A stretch of DNA of 63,487 nt, counting the filler, from Bigelowiella natans CCMP2755 (Eukaryota; Protista; Cercozoa): NCBI GenBank assembly GCA_000320545.1. It is 6 parts of 6 records of this genome, joined end to end, with 100 filler letters (N's around TTAATTAATTAA, not from the genome) between each part and the next. Parts side by side here need not be neighbours in the genome. Positions count along the whole stretch, not along the records: positions 24,760 to 44,434 come from ADNK01001113.1; 5 more parts are not named here. One strand, 5' to 3'. Positions 24,926 through 37,695 of the stretch are shown here, piece after piece. Positions within the stretch are counted from its first letter, which is position 1; each line of letters opens with the position of its first letter. Both the position numbers and the translations under genes were made by a program. A model generated the notes under the pieces. The model worked only from the letters and a program-made list of their open reading frames with translations, was not told the origin of the DNA and searched no databases.

Positions 24926-25718
24926 TATAAAATATATGTATATGTATAAATATTAACGTTCAAGCGTGTGTGCGTGCGTGGTTGGTAGTCGCCACATCGT
25001 ATGCGCAAATAGCCCGTTGTTCTTCTTCGGTCGTCGTCGTCGTTATCATCATCATCATCATCATCATCGAAACTTTACCGATCCTAGCCGAAGAAAGCCG
25101 TTGGTGAGACCAGAGAGCAACGAATATCTACACACGCGGAAGGAAGAAACAGATGATGATGATGATGATGATTATGATGATTATCTTGATAATGATGATG
25201 GCTGATAGACGAATGAAGGACGATGTGATCAGGGCTCTGCCTTAAGGTAATACGCGCTGCGAGATCATCCTCTCATAGCAGCAGCATCCATTTGTTACGA
25301 ATATCTGCCACGCTCCTCCCCTAGTTTACCTCTTCGTGAAGAACGGCACGGTGATAGGAATGGTGGCGGTGTCAATGGCTTCGTAGAACACCCCGGTCAG
25401 CTGTGTAGGATGACGGAAATAATGGCGGTTATGATGATGATGATGATGATGATGATTATTAATTTGCTTCAGATTTTGGTTTCGTCTACTACCGCTCGAG
25501 ACGTGATGAGAATTGGAAGACAATGCAGGGAGCACCTAGAAACAGAGGCAATAGCAGCAATAATAGCAGTACTATCATTATTATTACTATTATTATTAAT
25601 AGTAGTAGTAGTAGTAGTAGACACATGCAGATAGATGAATCGGTGGTATATGCGATCTATCCTGACTATGGACGGAGCACGAATAGAAATGCCCAATAAC
25701 TCGCGCACGTTCGAAACA

Positions 25719-25757
<39 letters not shown>

Positions 25758-26948
25758 GCACACATACACACACATACGCACACTCGATTCTCTATTATTT
25801 ATTAATAAACCCGATCCCAAAGCCGATTTGCGTGATGGCGGAGAGAAACACCACAATTCTGGACAAAAATAGCAAGTCAGAAAAATAGAGCAATAGCCTA
25901 CAATGAAGAGAAGGGTAGGGGGGGGGGATTTCAAGATTTTAATCGGGAAGGAACATAACCAATTTCAATCAATATGTTTTGACGTTAGCAATTATTTTGT
26001 CTAAGCTCACAAGAAGACGATGGTAGCGTCGTAGGTATCCTGCAAAATGCCCATCACGATCTGCAAAGACGTCAGACCGACAATATAGCATAAGCACTCA
26101 TGACAAGTAGGTTTGATTTTGTTTTGCAGATATAGCCCGATGAAATATGTTACTCCCTCCCACGTGTGCTGCTGCGTCTTGCCGGGCCAAAGTGCAGCCA
26201 CGCACGGAAAAGCCAAGAAAAAAAGCAGCTCGCATGTTGTACCGGGGATATTATATTGGGTAGGAAGAAGAGCGAGTTCAGAAGTCCAAAGGAGAACGGG
26301 CTCATGGGAATGTCCTGTTGATGATTTGTGATGACGGAGTGATTCTCTTACCACTCACAATATGATCGAATATCATGCATGATCGGTATTATAAAGTCTG
26401 GAGAATCCAAACGCCTCTAAGACTAACGGTGCTCCTTCGACCACCACTACCACCACCACTACCACCACCACTACCACTACCACCACCACCACCACCACCA
26501 CCACCACCACCACTACCGATTCCAACTCCGTCTGCAGGGCACCTGTAACATCTCTGCAACGTCCAAAGGAGGGGGGGGGGGGGATTACGCTATTCAATGA
26601 ATTGCAACCTTTGAATAGCAGTCACTAGAAAATTCAAATCGCAGTGTGATTAATGTAGAAACCCCGGAAAGAGCTCATATTGATGGTTGAGCAAAGGGGG
26701 GGAGTGGGGGGTCATGGCTGCTCTTGTTACTACCGATTATAATGGTTCGCAAACAAAATTAACGCCGCAAATGCACCAATAAGCCACGCAGAAACGGAGG
26801 GCTCCTGAGAATAAGATAGAGAATGATGCAAGTCACATCAGCCAGCACATTCAGTGTGGTCAGTCTGCCGTAATGCTAAGTTTGAGGACGACGCATAGAC
26901 CTCCTCATCATTAACGGTAACAACCTTCGCATCGTTGGAACCTATGTC
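24760..26948 (-). CDS. MFS transporter, MFSD1-like; start unresolved, 3' part in gap
   Basis: Exons: EPSVSAWLIGAFAALILFANHYNR-DVTGALQTELES-DIPMSPFSFGLLNSLFFLPNIISP-IVMGILQDTYDATIVFL-IVVFLSAITQIGFGIG..LTGVFYEAIDTATIPITVPFFTKR-YSLLSGLTNGFLRLGS-VANFVLSPILY, following the N-terminal helices of MFSD1-type carriers. Confidence 0.75.
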
Positions 26949-27960
26949 TTCCTCTCTCCCCATCGATCAGTCCACGTCCAACACCTCCTTCTCATGGATC
27001 AAATTGTCCAAGGGGGGGGGAAGTCACAGACACACGTCGTCAGCCATAGAGCGAGTTCTTAGGAAGCAGAAACTCTCTCCCTCAATTTCTCCACTGTCAC
27101 ACAGCAGCCCCCAGTCGATTGTTCATTCTTATTCGGCAAAAAAAATCCGCAATAATTCTTCCCTCTCTCCCTATCCCCCCCTTCTCCACGAGCACGATCA
27201 CCGCTCCTCCACGAGGTCGGAAGCGGCAGAGCCAGTGCTAAAGTTCGCCTCTGTCTCTTTTTCATACCAGATATATCTAAGATTAAGTTTTATTTTCGGA
27301 TAAATTTTATTACCTAAATAGTCTCGATGTTCTTCGTATATAAAATTGTCTACTTGAGACTACCGCCACAGACGAGCTTTGTGCATCCTCTCGTACTCCC
27401 GAACACATGCTTTGCCTTTCTGACTACGAGTGTGTCATTTAAATTGTCGCACCGAGAAAACACAGGTGTTTTTGTCATTACGCCAAATTATTCACAGGAA
27501 AACTACGAGTCGTTGTGTTATGTACAGTATCTTCCTACGTAGATGTAGGGCATTTCACGTAGTTGCAAGCGAATACTCATTATTTTATTGATAAATCCAG
27601 GCGGTTTTTTAGGATATCTCGATCAAATCAAAGCGCTCCACAGAAACGAGAATGCAGTTCCATTCGAACGAGCTCGCGAACTAATTCTCCAGACGTGCCC
27701 CCCCCCCGGTCAAAATGATAGCCTGGAGTAAAGGGGCACCACACACCAAGCGCGTCTTCATTTTCGCAAGTATATTGCTAATCTCCGCAGGATTGTAAGA
27801 CACCGATACTGAGCGCTATTGTAACGCTGAGTTCGAATGAAATCAAGGTATTATGACTTCTAATCCTCTCCCTTGGAGACGAATTAAGCCTCCCAATGAT
27901 TGACCCCTGTCGTTTCTTCCACACCGATTCGTTCGCTTTGTTGCAGTTAAGATTATAACT

Positions 27961-30900
27961 TTGTTTATCTTTCACAGAAGTTGCCATCAGTCTGTCTTGG
28001 GTAGGGTATGTTTCGCTGGGATTGCTTTGGTCACCACTCTCCTCGTCCTTCTCACTCCTCTACCCCCGACAAGGAGGGATCCTAGTGTGCAAAGAAGCAT
28101 ATTTGCCTTGTACAGAATTCGAGATCAGAGTTCATCATCATTGCAAAGAGCTTCTTCACCCTCCGCGCTCAGATTTGACCCTCTGCTGTGGAGTAGACGT
28201 TCGGCAAGTTCCAGATCCTTGGAAGGGGGGGGGGGGAGACTTCGGAGGAAAAACGAATACCCACCACAGAATAGAGAGGATAGGTCTTACCATCGTGAGG
28301 AAGATGCCGATAACCGCCCTGGACTGGTAGCGACAAATGCTTCACCAACAGCAGCAGTGAACAACCGTCAGAGACGCAAAAAGCAAGTGCTGAAAGCGTT
28401 GGGTGTGGCATCTGTGATTTCCTTTCTCATTGGGATCGGAGGGGCATATGTTGCGAAGGGCTTTGAACCCGCACCGCCTCCTCCAGATGTATATCTACCA
28501 GCGATTTCTTTTCTCCAACACTCGATGATGGGCACTCCGCCGACGACGCATAAGCGTTCCACGAACTCGCATTATTCCGGGCACAAAGTGAATGATGGGC
28601 GTATCACTGTCGGTATCGGCGCTGGAGGAGGAGGAGGAGGAGGAGGAGGAGGAGGAGGAGGAGGTGGTGGTGGTGGGAACAACGGGAACAATGACAAACA
28701 AGACGGTCATGCGAAAGCTAATCATCGAAGCGATGAGCACCGTAGCTTCTGGAGAGGACGAAGAGCACACAAAGAGAAGGACGGGGGAGTCTTCCTACCG
28801 TGGGAGAAGATTTTCAAATACATCTTCGTGATTTCGGGGACAATGATGGCAGTGCTGGGAGTCTTAGCTATTGAACTGGTCCTTCTGGCTATCAGTCGAC
28901 GAAACCCAGCTGCTGCCGGTAAACGAGCAAAAGAGGAGAAAAAGGCGGGATATCTGCAACCCAAAAAAACAGATTCACCGGTTGCTGGCGCTGTTTCTTC
29001 GAACGAGGCTGATACGCACCACCGCCGACACCACCAAGAGCAGCAGATGAAAACGACTTCAGAAAATCAGAATAAGAGCGGTAATGGCCAGCAGGCTGAT
29101 GTCGCGCAACAGGAGGATTACAAGAAGGGGAGGAATGATGCAGCGATTGCCGCCATACCACCCGAGAGCGCGTCGTCACTCTCATCGTCAGGAGGGACTG
29201 CCGAGAATGGAGGCGGCTACGATCCAAGTATCACCACCAAAACTAGCGCGACCGACGACGGTAACATCAATCGCAATGGCAGAGAACTACCCAGGAACAG
29301 CCAGGGTGAAGAAGACACGAAACAGCAGGGAGGAGAAGGAGTACATGCTGCTACTAATATGGCGGCTGAAGAACGGGAAGAAGCTAAAATTGATCACGGA
29401 AGAGGAGGCCACGCCAGCAGCAGCAGCGACCACGAGAATAGCCACGACAGTAAAATCAGGGAAGATTCCGACAACAGGATACCCAAAAATGGAGGTGCCG
29501 TTGAAGCTGCAGCGAGCGGAGGGGGGGGGGATGTTGGCGTAGATCCCAACAAAAACGCAGGAAGCTGCCAGACTTCTCCGACCTCGGTCCCATCACCTTC
29601 GAGGCGATATGATTACCATGAAAACAACCTAGTAGAGGTTCAAGAGAAGCAACGATACGACAGGAAATCAAGCGGCGTCACACGTACTAATGACGACAGC
29701 AGCAGTTATATCACTAGTAGCAACGACGACAACAACAGCAGCAACAACAACAACAACAACAATAGAGACAATAATGACAATAACAATAATGACCATACCA
29801 AGAAAATGAGACACGCTAATTACTGGGGAATATCCCCGCTGAAGCCCCGGACGAGGCCGATGGATGGCAAGATGATGTCGGGCAGATCGAGGAGCTACTC
29901 CCCTTCCTACCGACGTGTATATAAAGCTGAGAACCCCATTACGTTCCGAGCGCCAGAAGGAGAGGGGGGGGATGCGGTAGAAAAGGGGAAGAGGAGGAGG
30001 AGGGGGGGGAGAACGCCCTCACCATTGTCACGCTCATCGAGCAGGCACGACGGCAGTGATACGCATAGTGAGATGAGTGGCTATGAGACGCCCAGGGACT
30101 ACATAGAACTGCTGCCGCTGACAAGAAAAGGAAGCTTCGATGACCTCGATGATGCTGCTAAAGCAACGGATTCAACCAACAGCATCCAGGGCGATATCAC
30201 CGCCGAAAGGGGTGTTGCGACGCCTCCGGTTACCCCCCCTCCAAGAAGGCCAGCGCCCCTTTATCGAAGACGTAGCAGCAGGATACTAGGTAATGATGGG
30301 CGAGGATTCCGATGACGATGATGATGGCGGATTTTATATGATGATGATGATGATGATGATGATGACAATGATGATAATGATGATGGTGTGATTCGTAGGC
30401 TTCAAGAACCAGGACCAGCTCGGGGATGACCTCGACGAGCAGAAGCATGTGCTGGTCCTCTCACCTTTGCTCAGCGATCGCAGCGAGGGGAGGGAAGGCA
30501 AACACGGCAATAGCGTCCGGCCGCGATTACAGAGGGGGCTAACCACTCGAACGATCAAGGCCTGGGAGAAGATGCAGAAAGACCAATATCTACACTCGCC
30601 GAGCCTCTATCATATCTTCTCCACGTACGATAAGGACAACGACGGTTACCTAGGGCGCATGGACTTCCAGCAGCTGTACGCAACCATGGCCAAGACGGGA
30701 CGGGCGATGGTCCGAGAGATGTGTCAGGAGTTTGAATGGAAGCTGACGCATCGAGTTGGCTTTGCAGAGTTTAGAGAAGTGGCCAGGACGAAGTTTCAAA
30801 AGCTCATTCTAGGGCAGCTGGTGTCGGACTATGCGGCCTTTCCAAAAGACGACGAGGGCACCATTAGCGTCGAAGAGCTCGTTCAGGTCATCCTCCACTC

Positions 30901-31168
30901 GGACCAGTTCGTCGAGATGCGTTTCGATGAGGTGGATCAAGACGACGATGGCTACATCGACTTCCGGGAGTACTGCCGCCTGATGAAGGTGCTCTACGAG
31001 AAGTACCACGTGCACATCGAGAAGCGGACGGTGGCGTCGTTCGTGAAGAAAAAACATCTGCTCTCCCATATCTTGCAGCTGCGAACGCTCTACCCACAAG
31101 CCAAGCAGCGTGGGACCTCTATCCCCGTCATTGAGCGCCTCGTGTCCGCCCCCCTGCTAGCCTGCTAG
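27961..31168 (+). CDS. Large membrane protein (about 1000 aa): N-terminal hydrophobic leader, two TM segments, long disordered region, C-terminal EF-hands
   Basis: ORF 27961-30289 joins in phase across a GT-AG intron (30290-30398) to exon 30399-31168. TM-like VLKALGVASVISFLIGIGGAYVA and IFVISGTMMAVLGVLAIELVLLAI; EF loops DKDNDGYLGRMDF and DQDDDGYIDFREY. True start probably lies in an upstream exon. Confidence 0.75.
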
Positions 31169-32062
31169 CCTGTACGGAGCTGTTGCGTCGCTCAAGGCCC
31201 GAGCCCACCTGTCCATTGCAGAGACAATGCACCTCAGGGGTTTTTGATGCGTGATGAATGATGACATGCACTGTGTCGACTCCATTTTGGGCGACAATGC
31301 TTCTGGAATGATTGCATTTTGTGTGAGAGCAAGATCGTGTGAAGTGACATCGACAGCCATATGTTCATTGGATGCATCATGCACTTTCAAATATTTCATC
31401 GCTGTGCATGCCGTCGCGCGTCAGGTTTGCTAGTTTGACAAATCAGCAGTTCATTTGTTCATAGCATGCTTCGAGCTCTAGCGCTGTCTGTTGTTGTGCT
31501 GAAAATACACGACGACTTGCATGGAGCGCACTATGGACAAAGTCCACATTGCCGTGTGTGCATCATAGCATGTCCAGTGTGAGCAATGCTATGGCGGAAA
31601 TGCTGCACCAGGGAGCAAATTAATGCATCAAGGAAAAGGGGACAAACATTCACGTGTGCTAATCACCATGTTGCAGAAAACGTGACATCATCATGCACAA
31701 GCGTTCGCATGCAGCACGGCGCATGATGATCGTTGCATTTCGTATATTGTGTGGATGTTGTGTGCTGCGGTGCTTCCAAAATTGTGAGCACACGCACGCT
31801 CCACTTTGTTTGCACGTCTTGTGCTAGACGTGTGCCATCAAATACATTCCACTTGATATCGATTCAATTTGTTTCGTAGGTAGGGAGGACCGAGCAGCGC
31901 AAATGCCAGTCGATGATGTTTAACTACAAACTTAATCGCTAATGGAGACTATTACATTTTGCGAAGTATCATAACACAAATGCCACAATGTTTTGATTTG
32001 CTCGTGCATCCTCGCGTCGAAACTGAGATCGTGATGTGCTTTGTGTCGTCCTCCTCTTAGCC

Positions 32063-32845
32063 TCAGATATATGGAGACCAACCAATCCACATCCTGCCCA
32101 GAAGCACCTTATCCGTGGCCAAATCCACCAGTAATTCGACCTGGTCACTGGCCTTCTCACATGGGGCGAAGTTTCCCTTCGCCGAGCGCAGCCTTTCCTC
32201 TCTTCCTGGCACGCTATACTTCCCGTACAGAAGCCTATGGACAAGGGCAGTTTGGCACGCCATTGTGAGGATGGCTCACTTCAGTAAATGTATTCAAGAA
32301 TAACGAGGATAGACTACGGGTTACTATACGCGCGTCGCTGGGATCTATATGCTTAATCTGATCTTCACCGCATATGAATGCATCATACCTCCTGACTGTG
32401 TTTTGGAACTTCATCCCTTTTCTCCACCTCGCGTTCTGCTCGATGTCCTTGAGCATCACGACGGAGGGGTGCACACCCTCTAGCTTCATCTTTGCCACGC
32501 GCACCTTCTTCTTCGGTAGCCTGAGGGAGCGGGAGGGGGAGGGACGGGGGACGTGGGGCGAGGAGATCGGGGGGAAATAGAAAATTACACGCCGTTCTTG
32601 AGGAAGAGAAATAATGAACAGTCGGGTAGGAAAAATAATGATGATCGACGACCATTTCGTGTCGTCGCCCTTCTTCGTCATCTCCATTTGCCACTCCAGC
32701 AGCCTGAATCATGTTGGGGGAGAGAGAGAGAGAGAGGGGGGGGGGGGGGGGGAGATGTGTGAGTAACTAGCAAGAAAAGGGGACCATACATACTGACGAC
32801 GTTTGGCAGAAAACATGATGTTTTCGACATCGCGTGCATCCCCTC

Positions 32846-32877
<32 letters not shown>

Positions 32878-33211
32878 GTTGTCATTATCACGACGCATCG
32901 TCGTTCATACGGTTCCTGGACGAAGACTTCTAGCACGCTCAGAAGCACGTCCCGGTGAGCTCGTAGCTCTTGGAGTATCAGAGTCATGTCCTGTTTGATC
33001 AAGCCTTCACAACAACACCACCACCACCACCACCAACAACAACAACAAGGAGGAGGAGGAGGAGACAACGACTTAGCGGTAGCAGCAGTGGTAGTAGGAG
33101 CAGAAGAAGCTCGAGCCAAAAGCAATCTCAATTCAGATCATCGTGTGCAACGTTCACTTTGTATGTACAGCACAGAGGGAGAGGGAGGGAGAGGGAGAGA
33201 GAGAGAGAGAA

Positions 33212-33247
<36 letters not shown>

Positions 33248-33487
33248 ATGAAGGCACCGTCGCTATCCAGCGGGCGAAGGAGACTCGAGAATTGACGTGT
33301 CATCCTGAACGGAACGAGCTCTGGAATTCGCAGAACAGCCCTGTGCAGTAGCGGCAGCAGCAGTAGTAGAAGAAGAAATACGTGGTATAAAAAACAACAA
33401 AGTGAAGAAAAGGGGGTACATGTATGAAGACAGTTAGCTGAATAAAGTAAGTGAAATGCACTCGCGAGAGAAGGAAAAAATGAGGGG

Positions 33488-33532
<45 letters not shown>

Positions 33533-33953
33533 AGAGAAAAGGAGTGAGGAGATTGTTGCGAGAGAGCACAACCCTTGGCCGAAAGAGTATCCGAAGTCTA
33601 TCCCAACGATAGCCCCATCGGACGTACTCAAGAGGTAGTTCATCAAGTGCCTTGCACACACACACACATACACACACACACACACACACAATAACAATGA
33701 GATGTGTTTTTGTTTCCTCCCCTCCAACCTTCTATATGAACTTCCTTTTCTCTCGCAAAGTTGCTGTCTTCTCGTTCCTCTCCCTCTTTCTCTCTCCCCC
33801 CCCCCACCACTGCTACTCCTACTAACTACCGATCTCCTATGCCAAGGATGTATCCTCCTATGTTGAACGCTGCATAACTCTTCGCGAACCTCGAACGCAC
33901 TAAAATGTACGCCTGAAGACAGGGGTGGGGGGGGGGGGGCAAACAATTTGATA

Positions 33954-33992
<39 letters not shown>

Positions 33993-35485
33993 TAATATGC
34001 GTTGATTTACCTCCGGGGAGTCGCACAAGCGTCGAATGGCAGAGCACAGCAATTCCTCTGGGAGCATGCTTTCCGTTTGCTCCACCTATGCGAAAGAGGA
34101 GGGGAAGACAAAAGAAGGGGGGGGATGGGGGGGGGGGGATATCACCATAAGCATCGATTTCCGAGTTGAGTACTAAGCAGCAGGCAGAGGACGTCGCGCT
34201 CCAATTTTCAATGCGCTCTCTCCGTTCTTTATTCAAAGTTGATGGATATTGTTTTTGCGTTCGTCATTTTTCCAATGGCCGACGACCATCTTCAGAATGT
34301 CTTCGTCCTTGGTGTTCTCGAGCAGCTCGATCCACCTGCGACCATATTATTACTACATGATGAAGAAGAGGATGATGCAGCTGCCAACAGCTTCGCAGTG
34401 AGTAGTTGTGTATATGCGAGTGTGTGTGTGTGAGAGTGTGTGTGTGTTTGTTAAGAGTCAGTACAGAGGGGGGGGAGGGTTGTTCAATGCAAGAATTGTC
34501 TTTTGCGATGTCGGACCATTGGGCAGCTTTGTCTTCGGAATACTGCTTTCCTTTTTTCGCCCTTTGCAGCTGCGAGAAAACGAGGAACATACGAAGGTAA
34601 ATGGAGTATTGATGCTATATTCAGTTAGTGTGCGTGCGTGTGTGTGTGTGTGTGTGTGTCCTGTTTGTTAGTATGCTGGTCTTGTGGAATTCTGCTAAAA
34701 CCAAAAAACTTTTCCAAAAGGTGGAAGGCTGGGGTGGGGAGGGGGTCCTCCTAGGAACATCGATGCTCAATTTTCACCGCTCGCTTCGCGCCCTTGATAT
34801 AGTTCCCCTGGACATCCGAGAAGTGTTTCCTTTCACAAACATTGTCAATGCACCAAGAAATCCAAGTATCACAAGAGCACGCTAGCGAAGACCCTCCTCT
34901 GTACACGCTTCCTACTCCCTCCCCCGCCCACTCCCTCCCCCCCCCCCCCCCTCACATTAAAAATTCACTGGATGCAGGGGGGCCTCGCGACACCGACAGG
35001 TCTTGTCGCAAAATAGCGGCAAAACTAACGATCGGCGTCAGAGGGACAAAAAACGCTATGCTTTTTAATTTCACACAATCGTTCGTCGTTCGTGCAGGTT
35101 CCCTGCGATACTGTCTCATGCGCTGAGCTGCTGCTTACTTCTGCTTGTCCTCGGTGGCGTTCTCCCGACGGCACCATTCCTTGCAGAGTGCCTCTCTGAT
35201 TGGCACGGAGTTGGCTACCCATTGGCATATCCCCACTTGCTCGGTCATCGGAATAACGTCGTATGTGCGCAGATACCTGCATCGATCGAGCGGGGGGGGA
35301 AGGATACGTGAGCAAGCACGCGAAAGGAGGAGAGTAATATGTACATATCTTATAAAATTCGCAGCTCATGGTGATGTGTGTGTGTACGTGTGTGTGTTTG
35401 GCATAGCATCGTTTAAAGTATCACAGAGTACAAAATATTTAATTTCTTGGAATATTAACCGATCCATCGCTACCATCCCCACTCA

Positions 35486-35519
<34 letters not shown>

Positions 35520-35839
35520 ATCATCGTCATCATCATCATCATCATCATCATCAATACGCACAGATCTCTCTCCATGCACTGAGGATTTGTGCGGAGGATT
35601 TGGTTCATCACTCGGAACAGCTGCTGGATGCCTGCGATGTTTTAAGTAGTAGTAGTAGTAGGAGTAGTAGTAGTTGGAGGAGGAACAGGAGGAGGAGGAG
35701 TTGTTGTCGTGGTAGCAATTTGACAAAATAGCTGGGAAGGCCAAACTTTGTATATTTTAGGGCACACTCGTACAAGAACACAGCAACAGAACTTATTTAC
35801 ATATTTTATATCTCATAAAATATAAACAAACAATATAAT

Positions 35840-35874
<35 letters not shown>

Positions 35875-36024
35875 TTTCATTTTGTGCAGCTACTATGTAT
35901 CTGTGTACGATATACTGCAACATGTCGTGCCATTCTCGATTCTCCTCCTCCTCCTCCTCCTCCTCCTCCTCCTCCTCCTTCCGTAATTAATCGCTAGTTC
36001 TCTCTATCGCTTTTTCTTTCTTCT

Positions 36025-36071
<47 letters not shown>

Positions 36072-37446
36072 GCTGATCTAATCTGAGATCCTCCCCGCCC
36101 TTGACAAGGAAGGCGTAGTCTCGCTCATCATTCCCATGGACGATGAGTCTCTTGGGCCGCTGCTTGGAAGCTAGGACCAAGACCTTCGCCCCAAAGCTCA
36201 CGATGCGCACGTGGCGTTCTGGCTGCGGCTGCTCCTCGCCGCTGTATTGCCCGGGAATTTCCAGGTATTCCTGCTCGTTGCTCGTGAATTTCTCGAAGTC
36301 GGCGAGCCATGGGGAGAAGTAAGCAAGGTCGGAGCTCTTGACCTTTCGCGCCTTTCCGGCGGCCGTGGCCACGGCGAGCTTGCTCTGGCGGATGAAGGTG
36401 TTCAGCTTCATGTCCGCAATCTTCGTGTCGCGGGAGCCCCCTTGGCCAAACTTGGGAACGATGATCTTCCACAGAACCTTCGCGAAGTCGGTGGCTTCGC
36501 GCGAGCCGTGCGCGCGCAGCAGCGGGTGCTTTCCGGTACCGTACTCGCGCAGGAAGCTCGAGTAGAGATTCTGCGCTTGCTTGCGGGAGTCTCGCGTGTC
36601 CTTCCTGAGCTGCTGCTCGATCAGCTTGAACCGCTCCTCCACGAAGACCTTGGGGTACGTCATCTGGTCCAGCGCGGCGATGAACATGTCCACGAGCTTG
36701 CTGTTGAGCAGGGCAGCCATGTCGTCCAGGTGCTTGCTCATGCGCGCGTTTCCGGCGACGGCCGCGCGCAGCTGGCGCTGGCTGATCCGAAACGGAAAGT
36801 ACATCGCCTGCGGGTATTTACTGGCGATGCGCTTCAGCAGTGGCGCGATCTGCTCCACCGTGCTCTCATCCGAGAGGGTGGCCAGCATCTGCGACACCCA
36901 CTTGATGTACCGCCAGCACGGAATGGCCCTGGCGTAGCACGTGAACGCCTCGAGCGCCTCCGCGTCGCCGCGCATCATCTCCGTCACCTTTGGAAAGTAC
37001 ATCGACGCCCCGCGCGCGCCGTACCGGATGGCCTGCAGCACGCTGTCTACGAAGTGCCGGCGAAACATCCCCAGCCGCTCGTCGTCGGGGAATGCTATGG
37101 CGGAGGCGTGTTGCTGGAGTCGTCGTCGTCGTCGTCGTCGTTTATCCGCCGGTGCTTGCTCTTCTGCTCTTCGCCTTGAGTGCTTCGAGGCGTCGTTCGT
37201 ACTGCGCTTTGCAGAATTGGGAGTACCTCATAAAACTCTGCGCCACGTAGCGGGTGTTCTGGACGGAGGTCAGCTTGTGGGAGGAGGAGGAGGAGGAGGA
37301 GGAGGAGGAGGAGGAGGAGGAGATCGGAGCATACCGACGACGACGGCGGCGCGCGGATGAGGACGACTTGCCTATAAATACATTGAGATTGTTTTGTGAC
37401 ACAGCAGACAATGATCATTCGAGAAGTAACACCCACCACTGGCACT

Positions 37447-37481
<35 letters not shown>

Positions 37482-37659
37482 GTATTGCTACTACTACTTC
37501 TTTTCTTCTTCTTCTTCTTCTTTTACAGGTTGTTGTTGTTGTTGTCGTTCGTTCTGTATCCAGTTCTCCCGCTAACCCTCTATACCAGGCGTCGACAAGA
37601 CGACGAACGACGACGCAGAATGCTCCGTACATGTGTATTTTATGGGGTGGTGATGGCTT

Positions 37660-37695
<36 letters not shown>

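Noticed and set aside
32235-32687. Separate small gene (ribosomal L1-like) suggested by the KKKVRVAKMKLEG ORF
   Set aside because: It is the penultimate DNA-PKcs exon leading into the FATC exon.
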